A DNA stretch of 64,000 nt from an uncultured Coprobacillus sp. (GTDB lineage Bacteria > Bacillota_I > Bacilli_A > RFN20 > CAG-826), in NCBI GenBank assembly GCA_964583155.1, contig CAZOUY010000004.1, positions 35,538 through 99,537 on the forward strand, written 5' to 3'. Every line of letters begins with the position of its first letter. Position 1 is the stretch's first letter. A program made the translations under genes and the position numbers. Positions 19,174 to 30,030 of this stretch are shown here, in pieces. The notes under the pieces are model-generated. The model was not told where the DNA came from and made no database searches. It saw only the letters and a program-made list of their open reading frames with translations.

Positions 19174-20997
19174 ATGGGAAAAATACAAGTTTTAAATGAT
19201 GATCTTGCGAACATGATAGCGGCTGGAGAAGTTGTCGAAAGGCCAAGCAGCGTTATCAAGGAATTAGTCGAGAATAGCATCGATGCGCATTCCAAACAGA
19301 TTTGCGTGCGCATTTATGAAGCCGGAAGAAAATTAATTTCGGTTGAAGATGATGGTGATGGCATGGATCGTGATGATGCCATTATTGCTTTTCAGCGCCA
19401 TGCGACAAGCAAAATTCATTCTTCATTTGATCTTTTCCGCATTAAAACATTGGGATTTCGAGGCGAAGCTTTGCCCTCTATTGCTTCCGTTAGTCGTTTG
19501 ACTTTAACGACTTCGAATGAAATTGGCGTTGGGACGCGCATTTTTATTCAAGGCGATAAGATGCAAATTAGTGATGCTCCCTTAAGAAAAGGGACAATTA
19601 TCGAAGTGGAAGAGCTTTTTTATAACACTCCCGCACGCCTTAAATACTTAAAAAAGGACTATACTGAAAACGCCAATAGCATAGAAGTGATGACCCGTTT
19701 AGCCTTGGCCCATCCGGATATTGCTTTCCGTTTTTATATCGATGATCGTTTGCAATTTCAAAGCAATGGCCGTGGTGATTTATTAGAGACCATTGCGCAG
19801 ATATATGGAATAGAAGTTGCTAAGAAGATGTTGCCCTTTCATTATGAGCAGCATGATTTCCGCGTCCATGGATTTTTAGGTGCGCCTGAATTAGCTAAAT
19901 CAAGTCGTTATTATATGATAACTTTATTGAATGGTCGTAATGTCTATATGCCGAAGGTGCAGGCTGCCATTATCGATTCCTATCATGATTTTATTCCGCC
20001 AACGCGCTTTCCGTTTGTGATTTTATGCTTGGATATTGATTGTGCTTTAGTGGATGTGAATGTGCATCCTTCAAAGAAAGAGGTGCGTTTTTCAAAGGAA
20101 GAAGAATTGCGCTTAGCCCTTCTTGAAAACATTCCGCAAGCCTTAAACAAGCAGCAAAAATTAGCTGATGCGGTTATCTCACGAAGCGTGCTTTCACAAG
20201 TCAGCGATTTTGAGGATAGATCTCCGATAATGGAAACCAAGGCGGAACAATTGCATATTCTCCATGATTCACAAATTGATCCTTTAAGTCGACGTGTGGA
20301 TGAAGATTTCTCGATTACGGATTCGTCTTCCGATCATCTTGAAGAAAAGAAGATGCCTTTTAGGGAAGAAGAGCAAAAAGACACCCCACCGGTATATGAG
20401 GCTCAAAAAGAACCAATGCATTTAAGAGCGCTCGCGCAAATGCATAAAACATATATTATTGCGGAAGATAATGAAGGAGGCTTTTATTTGGTTGATCAAC
20501 ATGCCGCCTATGAAAGAATTAATTATGAGCGTTTTCAGCGCCTTCTAAATCAAGAATTACGCGTTCATGAGCCCTTGATACCTCAGGTGATTCAATTATC
20601 ACCATCCGATGCTTTGCTTTTCAATGATCAAAAGCGAGAATTATTAGCGGAGATTGGTCTTCGCTTTGAAAGCTTTGGATTGCAGGCCTGGAAGGTAACG
20701 CAGGTTCCTTCGTGGCTAAATGAAGCGGATGAAAAGGAATACATCGATACCATTATGGAACAAGCGCTGCATGGTGATAAGGTCGATATTCAAAAGCTGC
20801 GCACGCATGTTATTGCGACCATGAGCTGTAAGGCCTCGATCAAAGCCAACGATTATTTAGATTTGAAAGAGATGCAATATCTCTTAGATACTCTTTTCTT
20901 GTGTGATAATCCGACATGTTGCCCCCACGGAAGACCCACTATCATTCATTTTAGTAAATATCAGTTGGAGCATCTTTTCAAGAGGACCGGTGTATGA
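19174..20997 (+). CDS. mutL: DNA mismatch repair endonuclease MutL
   Basis: IAAGEVVERP, KELVENSIDA, GFRGEAL, DQHAAYERINYE, SCKAS, CPHGRP. Confidence 0.98.
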   Translation: MGKIQVLNDDLANMIAAGEVVERPSSVIKELVENSIDAHSKQICVRIYEAGRKLISVEDDGDGMDRDDAIIAFQRHATSKIHSSFDLFRIKTLGFRGEALPSIASVSRLTLTTSNEIGVGTRIFIQGDKMQISDAPLRKGTIIEVEELFYNTPARLKYLKKDYTENANSIEVMTRLALAHPDIAFRFYIDDRLQFQSNGRGDLLETIAQIYGIEVAKKMLPFHYEQHDFRVHGFLGAPELAKSSRYYMITLLNGRNVYMPKVQAAIIDSYHDFIPPTRFPFVILCLDIDCALVDVNVHPSKKEVRFSKEEELRLALLENIPQALNKQQKLADAVISRSVLSQVSDFEDRSPIMETKAEQLHILHDSQIDPLSRRVDEDFSITDSSSDHLEEKKMPFREEEQKDTPPVYEAQKEPMHLRALAQMHKTYIIAEDNEGGFYLVDQHAAYERINYERFQRLLNQELRVHEPLIPQVIQLSPSDALLFNDQKRELLAEIGLRFESFGLQAWKVTQVPSWLNEADEKEYIDTIMEQALHGDKVDIQKLRTHVIATMSCKASIKANDYLDLKEMQYLLDTLFLCDNPTCCPHGRPTIIHFSKYQLEHLFKRTGV

Positions 20998-21905
20998 TTA
21001 TTGTTATTTGTGGCCCTACCGCCAGTGGAAAAAGCGCATTGGCGTTAAAAATTGCGGAAAAATTTGGTGGCGAAATCATCAATGGTGATGCTTTTCAGGT
21101 TTATAAGGAGTTTAATATCGGTACCGCTAAACCGTCGCTTGCGATGCGGGCTAAGGTTCCGCATCATCTTTTTGATTTTTTAGAACCTACAGATCGCTAT
21201 TCACCATACCAATATCAACAGGATGGTCGAAGAATCATTCAGGAAATTGAGAGTCGAAAGGCTATGCCTATCATCGTCGGTGGCTCAGGGAATTATCAAA
21301 AGGCCCTCTTGTTTGATTATACATTCGAAGAGTATGAAGAGCCCGATTTATCGCGATATGATCAGATGACTAATGAAGAGTTATATCGAATATTATTGGA
21401 GATCGATGAAGAAACCGCTCATCATCTTCATCCCAATAATCGTCAAAGAATCTTAAGAGCTCTGGCAATATATCATGGAACCGGTCAAAAGAAGAGCAGC
21501 TTGGAAGCCAAGCAAAAGCATCAATTGCTGTTTGATACGCTGTTTGTAGGGCTTGATTTAGAAAGAGAAGAATTATATCATCGTATTGATGATCGTGTTA
21601 TCGAGATGCTTGCGAATGGCTTACTGCAAGAAGCAACCGATTTATATCAAAAATATGGTCCTGAAATTCAAGCGTTTCAGGCGATTGGATATAAGGAATG
21701 GAAAGAATACTTTGACCATTGTCTTTCCTATGATGAGGTTGTCAGAAATATTCAAAAGCATTCGCGGAATTATGCCAAAAGACAAATGACATATTTCCGC
21801 CACCAATTGCCGATCAATTGGTTTACGGATATTGAAGCGGCTTATCAATTTATATCCAAGATCATCATGAATAGGAGAAGAAAAGTATGGAAAGAATCGA
21901 ATTAA
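20994..21905 (+). CDS. miaA: tRNA dimethylallyltransferase
   Basis: GPTASGKS, IGTAKP, VGGSG.Y, HPNNRQRILRAL, YAKRQMTYF. Confidence 0.96.
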   Translation: MIIVICGPTASGKSALALKIAEKFGGEIINGDAFQVYKEFNIGTAKPSLAMRAKVPHHLFDFLEPTDRYSPYQYQQDGRRIIQEIESRKAMPIIVGGSGNYQKALLFDYTFEEYEEPDLSRYDQMTNEELYRILLEIDEETAHHLHPNNRQRILRALAIYHGTGQKKSSLEAKQKHQLLFDTLFVGLDLEREELYHRIDDRVIEMLANGLLQEATDLYQKYGPEIQAFQAIGYKEWKEYFDHCLSYDEVVRNIQKHSRNYAKRQMTYFRHQLPINWFTDIEAAYQFISKIIMNRRRKVWKESN

Positions 21906-23491
21906 TTGCCAAGAAGGCCGGAATAGATGAAGAATATGTGGAAATGTATGGCAAATACAAAGCCAAGATCAATTTACGAATTATGGATAAATTGCATCAT
22001 CATGCGGATGGGAAGCTTGTTTTAGTCACCGCTATTACACCGACCAAAGCGGGGGAAGGTAAAACAACGACCTCCATTGCTTTGGCTGACGGCCTAGCGA
22101 AAATCGGACAAAAAGCCATGCTTGTTTTGCGCGAACCATCATTAGGCCCCGTTTTTGGAATCAAGGGTGGTGCTACCGGTGGAGGCAAGGCTTGCGTCGT
22201 TCCGAGTGAAGATATCAATCTTCATTTTACCGGCGATATGCACGCTTTGACTTCATCAATCAATTTAATTGCCGCGATTATCGACAATCACATTTTTCAA
22301 GGCAACTCCTTGAACATCGATCCGAACCAGATTGTTTGGACACGAGCGATGGATATGAATGATCGGGCTTTGCGCACTATTGAAGTAGCTCTTGGAGAGA
22401 AAAATGGGGTGGCAAGGGAGGATCATTTTGTCATCACAGTAGCGTCTGAATTAATGGCGATTCTTTGTTTAAGCAAAGATGAAGAGGATTTTATGAAGCG
22501 TACGCAACAGATTATTGTTGCTTATACCTATGATGGCAAGCCGATTCGCGTTCAGGATCTACGGATTTCTAAGGCCATTTTAAAATTGATGAAGGAGGCC
22601 TTGAAACCCAATTTAGTGCAAACTCTGGAAGGAAATCCTGCTTTGATTCATGGGGGTCCCTTTGCAAATATCGCTCATGGCTGTAACTCACTCATTGCGA
22701 CGAGGATGGGATTAAAGCTCGCGCCGATCGTTGTTACCGAAGCCGGCTTTGGGGCCGATTTAGGAGCCGAAAAGTTTTTGGACATTAAATGTCGGATTGG
22801 TGATTTGCATCCCGATATGGTTGTAATGGTGGCCACCATTCGCGCACTTAAAATGCATGGCGGTCAAGATTTAGCACAGATTCAAGATGAAAATCTTGCG
22901 GCCTTGGTGGAAGGATGCGCCAATTTGAAACGCCATGTCGAGAATATGAAGCAATATGGTTTACCGGTCGTTATTGCCATCAATCACTTTTCTACTGATC
23001 ATGATAGTGAAGTGATGGTACTGACAAAATGGTGTCATGATGAGGGATATGAAGTGGCGTTTTTAGATGGTTATCTTCAAGGTGGTGAGGGCTCCAAGGA
23101 GCTAGCGGAATTAGTGGTTAAAACCTTGAATTCGATGGTTTCTAGTTATCACCCCCTTTATGAATTGGAAGACACGATTGAAAATAAAATAAAGACAATT
23201 TGTCAAAAAATATATCACGCTGACCATGTGATTTATACCAAAGAAGCACAGGAACAAATAGAAAAATACACGCGTTTAGGATATGCTCATCTTCCTATTT
23301 GTATCGCCAAGACACCACAATCATTCAGTGATGATCCGAAGGTCTTAGGAGCGCCGAATCATTTTACGATTATGGTTCGTGAAGTTCGATTATCAGCGGG
23401 AGCAGGATTCATTGTTCCTTTAACAGGCTCCATTTTGACGATGCCTGGTTTGCCCAAAATTCCTGCTGCCATCAAGATGGAAGAGGAATAG
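21887..23491 (+). CDS. fhs: Formate--tetrahydrofolate ligase
   Basis: TPTKAGEGKTT, KGGATGGG, HGGPFANIAHG, TEAGFGADLGAEKF, MPGLP. Confidence 0.97.
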   Translation: MERIELIAKKAGIDEEYVEMYGKYKAKINLRIMDKLHHHADGKLVLVTAITPTKAGEGKTTTSIALADGLAKIGQKAMLVLREPSLGPVFGIKGGATGGGKACVVPSEDINLHFTGDMHALTSSINLIAAIIDNHIFQGNSLNIDPNQIVWTRAMDMNDRALRTIEVALGEKNGVAREDHFVITVASELMAILCLSKDEEDFMKRTQQIIVAYTYDGKPIRVQDLRISKAILKLMKEALKPNLVQTLEGNPALIHGGPFANIAHGCNSLIATRMGLKLAPIVVTEAGFGADLGAEKFLDIKCRIGDLHPDMVVMVATIRALKMHGGQDLAQIQDENLAALVEGCANLKRHVENMKQYGLPVVIAINHFSTDHDSEVMVLTKWCHDEGYEVAFLDGYLQGGEGSKELAELVVKTLNSMVSSYHPLYELEDTIENKIKTICQKIYHADHVIYTKEAQEQIEKYTRLGYAHLPICIAKTPQSFSDDPKVLGAPNHFTIMVREVRLSAGAGFIVPLTGSILTMPGLPKIPAAIKMEEE

Positions 23492-23494
23492 AAT

Positions 23495-23686
23495 ATGGAA
23501 GAATATCAGCTGCATGATATCGTTGAAATGAAGAAGGCTCATCCATGCCAAAAGCGCTGTAAGCAATTTGAAATTGTGCGTTTGGGCGCCGATGTCAAGA
23601 TAAAATGCTGCGGTTGCGGAGCGGTGATCATGATGGATCGTTATTCCTTTAACCAAAAGATAAAAAAAGTGATTGGACAGCAATAA
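23495..23686 (+). CDS. DUF951 family protein
   Basis: D.VEMKKAHPC, R.GAD.KIKCCGCG. Confidence 0.9.
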   Translation: MEEYQLHDIVEMKKAHPCQKRCKQFEIVRLGADVKIKCCGCGAVIMMDRYSFNQKIKKVIGQQ

Positions 23687-23706
23687 ATTTAGGAAATATT
23701 TTAATG

Positions 23707-23735
23707 CTCCCTAATAATTATTAGGGAGTTTTTTT
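23707..23735 (+). terminator. Terminator-like hairpin containing the RBS of the next gene
   Basis: CTCCCTAAT-aatt-ATTAGGGAG plus T7, immediately followed by ATG 23736. Confidence 0.6.
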
Positions 23736-24407
23736 ATGGATTTAATCTTGCTTATCGACATCATGAAGGAATTTATTGAACCTAACCATCAAAAAAAGGT
23801 GGTCCTTAGAAATATTAATATTGCTTTTCCATCCAAAGGCTTCTATGTTATCGAAGGACAATCGGGAGCGGGAAAGTCCACATTGATTAAAATTATGGCA
23901 CAAATCATGACGGCAACCAAAGGCGTTTATCTTTATCAAAACAAGGATTTAGGAGCGGATGAAGTGAGTCGCGCCGTTTTTCGCAATGATAAGGTTGGTC
24001 TTCTTTTTCAAGATTATCAATTGATAACGAGCTTAAGCCCCATCGAAAATGTGATGTTACCGCTTTTGATGCATGGTGAAAATCATTCTAAAGCGTATTT
24101 TAAAGCGTTGATGCTTTTTGAAAGATTTAATCTGAAAAGCAAGATTCATGCGAAGATAGAGACCCTTTCCGGTGGCGAAAAACAGCGAATTGCCTTTTTA
24201 AGAGCAATGATCAACGATCCCGATTTTTATCTATGTGATGAGCCGACCGGAGCGTTAGATGAAAATAATGCTCATTTGCTATTAGATACCTTAAAGAGAT
24301 TATCGAATGAAAAATTGGTTATTGTCGTCACCCATAATCCGATTGTTTCGCATCGGTACGCGGATGGAACATATGTTTTAAAAGATGGTGTTCTGTATGA
24401 AAAGTAA
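23736..24407 (+). CDS. ABC transporter ATP-binding protein (LolD/MacB-like)
   Basis: GQSGAGKS, LSGGEKQR, LCDEPTGALD, VVTH. Confidence 0.92.
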   Translation: MDLILLIDIMKEFIEPNHQKKVVLRNINIAFPSKGFYVIEGQSGAGKSTLIKIMAQIMTATKGVYLYQNKDLGADEVSRAVFRNDKVGLLFQDYQLITSLSPIENVMLPLLMHGENHSKAYFKALMLFERFNLKSKIHAKIETLSGGEKQRIAFLRAMINDPDFYLCDEPTGALDENNAHLLLDTLKRLSNEKLVIVVTHNPIVSHRYADGTYVLKDGVLYEK

Positions 24408-25728
24408 ATGGATCTTTTTCTACGTTAAAAAGATGATTTTCCATAAATATAAAAGATATGTTTTGGGAATATTATCGCTATGCCTTTCCTACATAACATT
24501 AATGCTCCTATGCTTTGCCCAAAAAGGGAGCGATATGCAATTAAAAGAAAATATTTATAAAAGAGGAGATGCCTATTGTTTCACCCTATATAAAAAAGCA
24601 ACTCAGGAGAATGCTTCCTCTTTTATTGGAATCACCAGAACGATTTCGCCATCCTTTCAAGAAGCATTATCATTACAAAAATATGTTCCATCATTAAGCG
24701 TGGAATTGAATCTATCCTTTTTTTTACCATCACAGATACCTGTCGTATATCACCAACAGAGCATGATTGCTAACATTAAAGTAATAAAATCTTTTGATAA
24801 TGCGCTTTTAAAAGCAGGATCATCATGGCATGCTAATAAGCAAGAGGGCGTTTTCATCAATCAAAGCATGAAAGAAAAGCTTGAGATTATCGATCATAAT
24901 ATTTTGAATAGCTATCTCTCATTGAAAATCGAAAAGCAGGTTCATAATTACGTGAATAGCCAAACGATTAATGATACTTTTCTTTATTCTCAAAACCATC
25001 GCATCATTGGAATAATCGATGAATTCGCGTGGCAAAATCAGCCAACGGTTTATCTTTCATTCAATTGGGTGTCGACCTATCTAAAAAACCATTATCTATA
25101 TCATTATTCGCTCGCTAAGCAGGAAGTCATATCTTGGTATCGGTTTATCGATGAAAGTGCTGTTGATTCGGTATATCGCCATTACAGTGTCTGGCTTTTT
25201 GTTGATAGCAAAGAAGATATCGTCAATCTTTTATTGCTTTTCCAAAATCTATCATCAAGTCCTTATATTTTAGAATCAAGTGTTCAAGATAATTATCTTC
25301 TATTCGATAGCGTTACGCAAATCATTACCTGGGTGATGGAAATCATGATCGTCTTTATTGCTATCATCGTCAGTGCAACCGTGGGGTATTTAACCACGAT
25401 TCATCTGATTCAGGATGAACATGAATTAGGGATAATCTATGCTTTTGGGGCGCGCTCACACCATATTATGCTTATTTATGGCCTTGGCATCTTTATGATC
25501 AATGCAATCGCCTTAGGAATCGCCGTCGTTGCTTCATGGATTTTAGGATCAGTGATTAATGTCATCTTTAGTTATCATTTCAATCTTGCAATTTTATCAT
25601 TTAAAGCAAGTGGCCTTATTTTAAGCATCTTAATAGCGGTCACGAATGCTTTGCTCCTATTGACCACGATCTTCGTGACCAAAGGCTTTCATAAAAAAGA
25701 TGTCGATTATTTAATTAGGGAGATATAA
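24397..25728 (+). CDS. FtsX/MacB-like ABC permease
   Basis: One N-terminal TM, large soluble loop, three C-terminal TMs with ELGII.A.GA motif. Confidence 0.75.
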   Translation: MKSKWIFFYVKKMIFHKYKRYVLGILSLCLSYITLMLLCFAQKGSDMQLKENIYKRGDAYCFTLYKKATQENASSFIGITRTISPSFQEALSLQKYVPSLSVELNLSFFLPSQIPVVYHQQSMIANIKVIKSFDNALLKAGSSWHANKQEGVFINQSMKEKLEIIDHNILNSYLSLKIEKQVHNYVNSQTINDTFLYSQNHRIIGIIDEFAWQNQPTVYLSFNWVSTYLKNHYLYHYSLAKQEVISWYRFIDESAVDSVYRHYSVWLFVDSKEDIVNLLLLFQNLSSSPYILESSVQDNYLLFDSVTQIITWVMEIMIVFIAIIVSATVGYLTTIHLIQDEHELGIIYAFGARSHHIMLIYGLGIFMINAIALGIAVVASWILGSVINVIFSYHFNLAILSFKASGLILSILIAVTNALLLLTTIFVTKGFHKKDVDYLIREI

Positions 25729-25730
25729 AA

Positions 25731-28367
25731 ATGCTTAGATTTCATAATGTGTCATATGGTTATCAAAAAGATGACCTGATTCTCGATACGATAAATATCC
25801 AATTACCTAATTGCGGATTGATATTGATTACCGGACCATCGGGATCAGGTAAAACGACCTTTTTATCGTTGATTCAAGGAATTATCAAGCCACAAAAGGG
25901 CGACATCATCTTTAATGGCCGAGTAATCAATCGTATGAGTGTGAAGGAAAATCAGGATTATCGTTTATTCACTTGTAGTATGGTCTATCAATCGGATGCT
26001 TTAATTAATGATCTTTCGATCGAGCAGAACTTTAATCTTTTTAGGGAGTGCACGACCAAAGAAACGCCTAACTATCAAGCGCTTATCGATCAAGTTCATT
26101 TGCCCAAAAGTCTGCAAACGAAGGTTGGGTTACTATCAGGAGGAGAAAAACAAAGAGTCGCTATTGCCCGTAGCTTATTGTTTGCACCACAGATTTTCCT
26201 TTTGGATGAGCCGACTTCTTCTTTAGATGACCAAAATGCATGCCAAATAATGGATCTTTTAAAAGAATTGTCGAAACGATGTCTCATCATTATGGTTACA
26301 CATGATATGCGATTTATCGATAAGTATGCCGATTATCACTATGAGTTAAAAGAAGGAAAACTAGTATTAACTTATCAAAATACTAGTACAATAGTAGAAA
26401 GAAAATTAGTACCTAGTGTTGTATATCATCGGAAAAATCCGCATCGCTTTCTTTTGACATATGTCTTTAATAAAATCAAAATTAAGAGAGGTCGCACGCT
26501 TTTTTCTGTTTTTTTCTTGATGATAACCATTTTATTTGGCTTAATGAGTGTAACCATCATCGAGAGCATGGAAAAGGAGCTTTTAACCAGCTTTTCATCA
26601 TTGACCGAAAAGGCGCAATTTCAAATGTATGTGACGAATGATAATGAAGAGGACAATCGTTATAGCGTTTCTCTTGATTACGCTCAAGAGCTAAGAAAAA
26701 ATGTCACGGAAATAGAAGATATCATGACCTTTTATGAAGACGATTTATCCTTATTTTTTCCTGATCGCAATGAGTGTCGCTTACTGGTTGAAGGTAAACC
26801 ATTACTACCGGGCATTAGAATGCAAGAGATCAATGAATTTCATCTTTTAAAGGAAAAAGAACATGAATGTTATCCTTATCTTCATAGCTTAGCGGACGAT
26901 GAAATTGTTTTAGGATTACCTTCGGATGTTATGAAAAGAATCGGTCAATATTTGGATATTCCCTTTCCGACCTATGAAAAAATCGGTAAACGACTACAGA
27001 ATGACAATATTAGCATTGTTTTTTATATGAAAAATATAGATTGGGACTATGAAAATGAAGAAATATTCCGGATCTGTGGCATTGTGGAAAGCACTAAGCC
27101 CAGTATTTTTCATAGCAATCCCTTCTTTAATGAGTGCGTTTTGGAGGAGCGTTTACGCCTGCTTTCGACGCTTTCATGGTTTGAAGAAATTGAATTTCCG
27201 TGGACCTTAAGGAAAAGATATGTAGCTTTATGTCAACAAAATTTGGAATCAATTATTTTCAATCATCCGATATATTACACCTGCTTGGTCGATGAAATTA
27301 ACAAGAGCTACACGGAATGGCGCCATTATGCTTTGAGCTACAATAACATCTCCTATATCGCAAGCTATGATGTGCTACGCATACTAAATCAAGAAGAGTA
27401 TATTACTGGCGCCCTTTATGGATCGAGCAAAGGCTATCAAATTATCAACGAAACCATCGTTCAAGGTATGCCAGGATACTTTTTTCTGTCCGATGATTTA
27501 GAGCAACTAAATGATGTCGAATATAATATTATGCATGAAAGCCATTATTCGCTTCCGGAGACGATATTTTCTAATAGTATTCTCACACCCAGCAATAATA
27601 CTTTGCGGATATGCGCAAATAAGAATAAACCAGAGCTCTTTGGAATATCAAAAGCCCTAGCGGATTATTACCATTTGCAAGAAAAGGACACATTATACTA
27701 TCTTTATGTTGATCTTAACGCACAGCCGGAATTCATCTATGGAACGGAACAAGTGGATTACATTGATTTCACTCGGACAGAAGAGCTTTATGTTGATAAT
27801 CAATGGCTGAACTCTCTTTTTTTACAAGCCAAAAGCATCACATCATCATATCTAAGACCAATGACAATCAATTTTTATGTGGATGACGTAAATCATGTCG
27901 ATCATGTGATCGATCATTGCCGTCAGCTTTATAATAATTATACCTTTTCCGATGCGGTAAGTATTTTTCAAAATCGGATTCAAAAGACAACATCTTCAAT
28001 TGAAAAGGTGATGCTTGGCATTATTGTATGGATGATGGTTTTAACCTCCTTTCTTATCCGCGTGGTTCATCGGCTTTATCTGATGGAAATGGATCATGAT
28101 ATCCGATGGATGGTAAAATTGGGAATCGGTTCATCAATTCCTAAGAAGGTGGCGTTTATAGCCCATTTGTTGATTTTTGGAGGCGCTACGATTTTGGCGC
28201 TTATCTATTTTGGATTCATCGTGATGATTTTTAAAATACCGCGCTTTTTAGCGTTACTACCTTTTGGAATAGTTATAAATGGTCAAACTATAGGCTCTTT
28301 AATATTGTTTTTATCCATATTATATGGTGTTACTTTTCCTTTTTATTTCAAGAAGGTGCGTACATGA
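25731..28367 (+). CDS. Fused ABC ATPase-permease (MacB architecture)
   Basis: GPSGSGKT, LSGGEKQR, LLDEPTSSLD, then TM, ~480-aa loop and three C-terminal TMs. Confidence 0.8.
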   Translation: MLRFHNVSYGYQKDDLILDTINIQLPNCGLILITGPSGSGKTTFLSLIQGIIKPQKGDIIFNGRVINRMSVKENQDYRLFTCSMVYQSDALINDLSIEQNFNLFRECTTKETPNYQALIDQVHLPKSLQTKVGLLSGGEKQRVAIARSLLFAPQIFLLDEPTSSLDDQNACQIMDLLKELSKRCLIIMVTHDMRFIDKYADYHYELKEGKLVLTYQNTSTIVERKLVPSVVYHRKNPHRFLLTYVFNKIKIKRGRTLFSVFFLMITILFGLMSVTIIESMEKELLTSFSSLTEKAQFQMYVTNDNEEDNRYSVSLDYAQELRKNVTEIEDIMTFYEDDLSLFFPDRNECRLLVEGKPLLPGIRMQEINEFHLLKEKEHECYPYLHSLADDEIVLGLPSDVMKRIGQYLDIPFPTYEKIGKRLQNDNISIVFYMKNIDWDYENEEIFRICGIVESTKPSIFHSNPFFNECVLEERLRLLSTLSWFEEIEFPWTLRKRYVALCQQNLESIIFNHPIYYTCLVDEINKSYTEWRHYALSYNNISYIASYDVLRILNQEEYITGALYGSSKGYQIINETIVQGMPGYFFLSDDLEQLNDVEYNIMHESHYSLPETIFSNSILTPSNNTLRICANKNKPELFGISKALADYYHLQEKDTLYYLYVDLNAQPEFIYGTEQVDYIDFTRTEELYVDNQWLNSLFLQAKSITSSYLRPMTINFYVDDVNHVDHVIDHCRQLYNNYTFSDAVSIFQNRIQKTTSSIEKVMLGIIVWMMVLTSFLIRVVHRLYLMEMDHDIRWMVKLGIGSSIPKKVAFIAHLLIFGGATILALIYFGFIVMIFKIPRFLALLPFGIVINGQTIGSLILFLSILYGVTFPFYFKKVRT

Positions 28368-28617
28368 TGATATATTAAAAACACATAGAATCAATAATGC
28401 ACACCTGCTTTATTTTGAAAAATTCTCGTCCTTTGCTTTTTTATAAAAGACAAAAAATGCTCTTCATAATAGGCTTAATACCGACGATTTTGCCAAAAAT
28501 ACACTATAAAAAATAATATTTTGGTGATTTTTATGGTATTTTTATTTGAATAGTGCTAATATAATATTACAAGTAAAAGAGGAAACTCTAAGATTTGAGA
28601 AAGGTTTTTAGGTAGAT

Positions 28618-28815
28618 ATGAAGGGTAAAGTCAAAATGTTTAATGCGGAAAAGGGCTACGGTTTCATTCGTACTGAGGAAGGCAAAGACGTCTTTTTCCA
28701 CTACACATCCTTAGTTATGGACTCCTATAAGACTGCAGAAGCAGGCGAAGAGGTCGAATTTGATGTTGAAGAATCCGAACGCGGTCCAAGAGCAACAAAC
28801 ATTCATAAGTTATAA
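28618..28815 (+). CDS. Cold-shock domain protein
   Basis: KGKVKMFNAEKGYGFI (RNP1), DVFFHY (RNP2). Confidence 0.96.
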   Translation: MKGKVKMFNAEKGYGFIRTEEGKDVFFHYTSLVMDSYKTAEAGEEVEFDVEESERGPRATNIHKL

Positions 28816-28838
28816 GCTATAATTAACTAACAAGTGTT

Positions 28839-28864
28839 AAAAAGTCGCGGAATGCGACTTTTTT
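28839..28864 (+). terminator. Terminator after csp
   Basis: AAAAAGTCGC-ggaat-GCGACTTTTTT. Confidence 0.75.
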
Positions 28865-28911
28865 ATTTCGACTAATTACGATATACTTATACATGAAAAG
28901 GAAGTGTCTTT

Positions 28912-30018
28912 ATGTCTTACAAAGCAGGAATTGTTGGATTACCAAATGTCGGTAAATCTACTTTATTTAATGCCATTACCAATTCACATGTTGAAGCGGC
29001 TAATTATCCCTTCGCGACGATTAAACCAAATACTGGTGTCGTGGCGGTTCCTGATCAAAGATTGGATCATCTATCAAATCTATTTAATCCCCGCCGAACC
29101 ATTTATACAACCTTTGAGTTTTATGATATTGCGGGTTTAGTTAAGGGAGCTAGTCAAGGTGAAGGATTGGGAAATCAATTTTTAGCCAATATCCGCGAAT
29201 GCGATGCTATTGTTCATGTTGTTCGCTGTTTTGAAAATAATGAAATAATCCATGTTGAAAATACAATCGATCCTCAACGTGACATCGATATTATCAATTT
29301 AGAATTAGTGATGGCGGATTTAGAATCGGTCAATAAAAGATTAGGCAAAGTCGAGAATAAGGCACGAGTTACCAAAGATAAGGAAGCAAGCTATGAGGTG
29401 TCCTTGCTTAAGCCCTTAAAAGAGGCCTTAGAAAAGGGGCTACCGGCACGTTTTATTGATTTTCCAAAGGAAGATGCTCAATATGTAAAAAGCAATTTCT
29501 TCTTATTAACCATGAAGCCGGTCATCTATGTCGCTAATATTGCCGAGGATGATTTAGCTTCTCCAGAGCAATGCGGATATTTTAAAGTGGTCCAAGAGAT
29601 CGCTAAAAAAGAAAAAGCGATTGCGATTGCTGTTTCTTGTGAAACAGAGTATCAATTATCTTCGCTTTCGAAGGAAGATAAAAAAGAGTATTTAGATGCT
29701 ATCGGTGCTCAATATTCGGGTCTTGAATTAGTTATTCAAAGTGCGTACTCCTTGCTTGATTTATCCACCTTTTTTACGGTGGGTGAGGATGAATGTCGGG
29801 CGTGGACTTTTAAAAAAGGAATGTTAGCTCCGCAATGCGCCGGGGTTATTCATAGCGATTTCGAGAGAGGATTCATTAAAGCGGAGGTTTATACCTATGA
29901 TGATATGATGAAATATCAAAGTGAGCAAGCGGTACGTGAAGCGGGTAAGCTAAGGATTGAAGGCAAGGATTACGTAGCGCAAGATGGCGATATTATGCAT
30001 TTCCGCTTCAATGTTTAA
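28912..30018 (+). CDS. ychF: Ribosome-binding ATPase YchF
   Basis: GIVGLPNVGKSTLFNA, ANYPFATI, DIAGLVKGASQGEGLGNQFL, ends HFRFNV. Confidence 0.98.
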   Translation: MSYKAGIVGLPNVGKSTLFNAITNSHVEAANYPFATIKPNTGVVAVPDQRLDHLSNLFNPRRTIYTTFEFYDIAGLVKGASQGEGLGNQFLANIRECDAIVHVVRCFENNEIIHVENTIDPQRDIDIINLELVMADLESVNKRLGKVENKARVTKDKEASYEVSLLKPLKEALEKGLPARFIDFPKEDAQYVKSNFFLLTMKPVIYVANIAEDDLASPEQCGYFKVVQEIAKKEKAIAIAVSCETEYQLSSLSKEDKKEYLDAIGAQYSGLELVIQSAYSLLDLSTFFTVGEDECRAWTFKKGMLAPQCAGVIHSDFERGFIKAEVYTYDDMMKYQSEQAVREAGKLRIEGKDYVAQDGDIMHFRFNV

Positions 30019-30030
30019 GAGGAAAGAACT

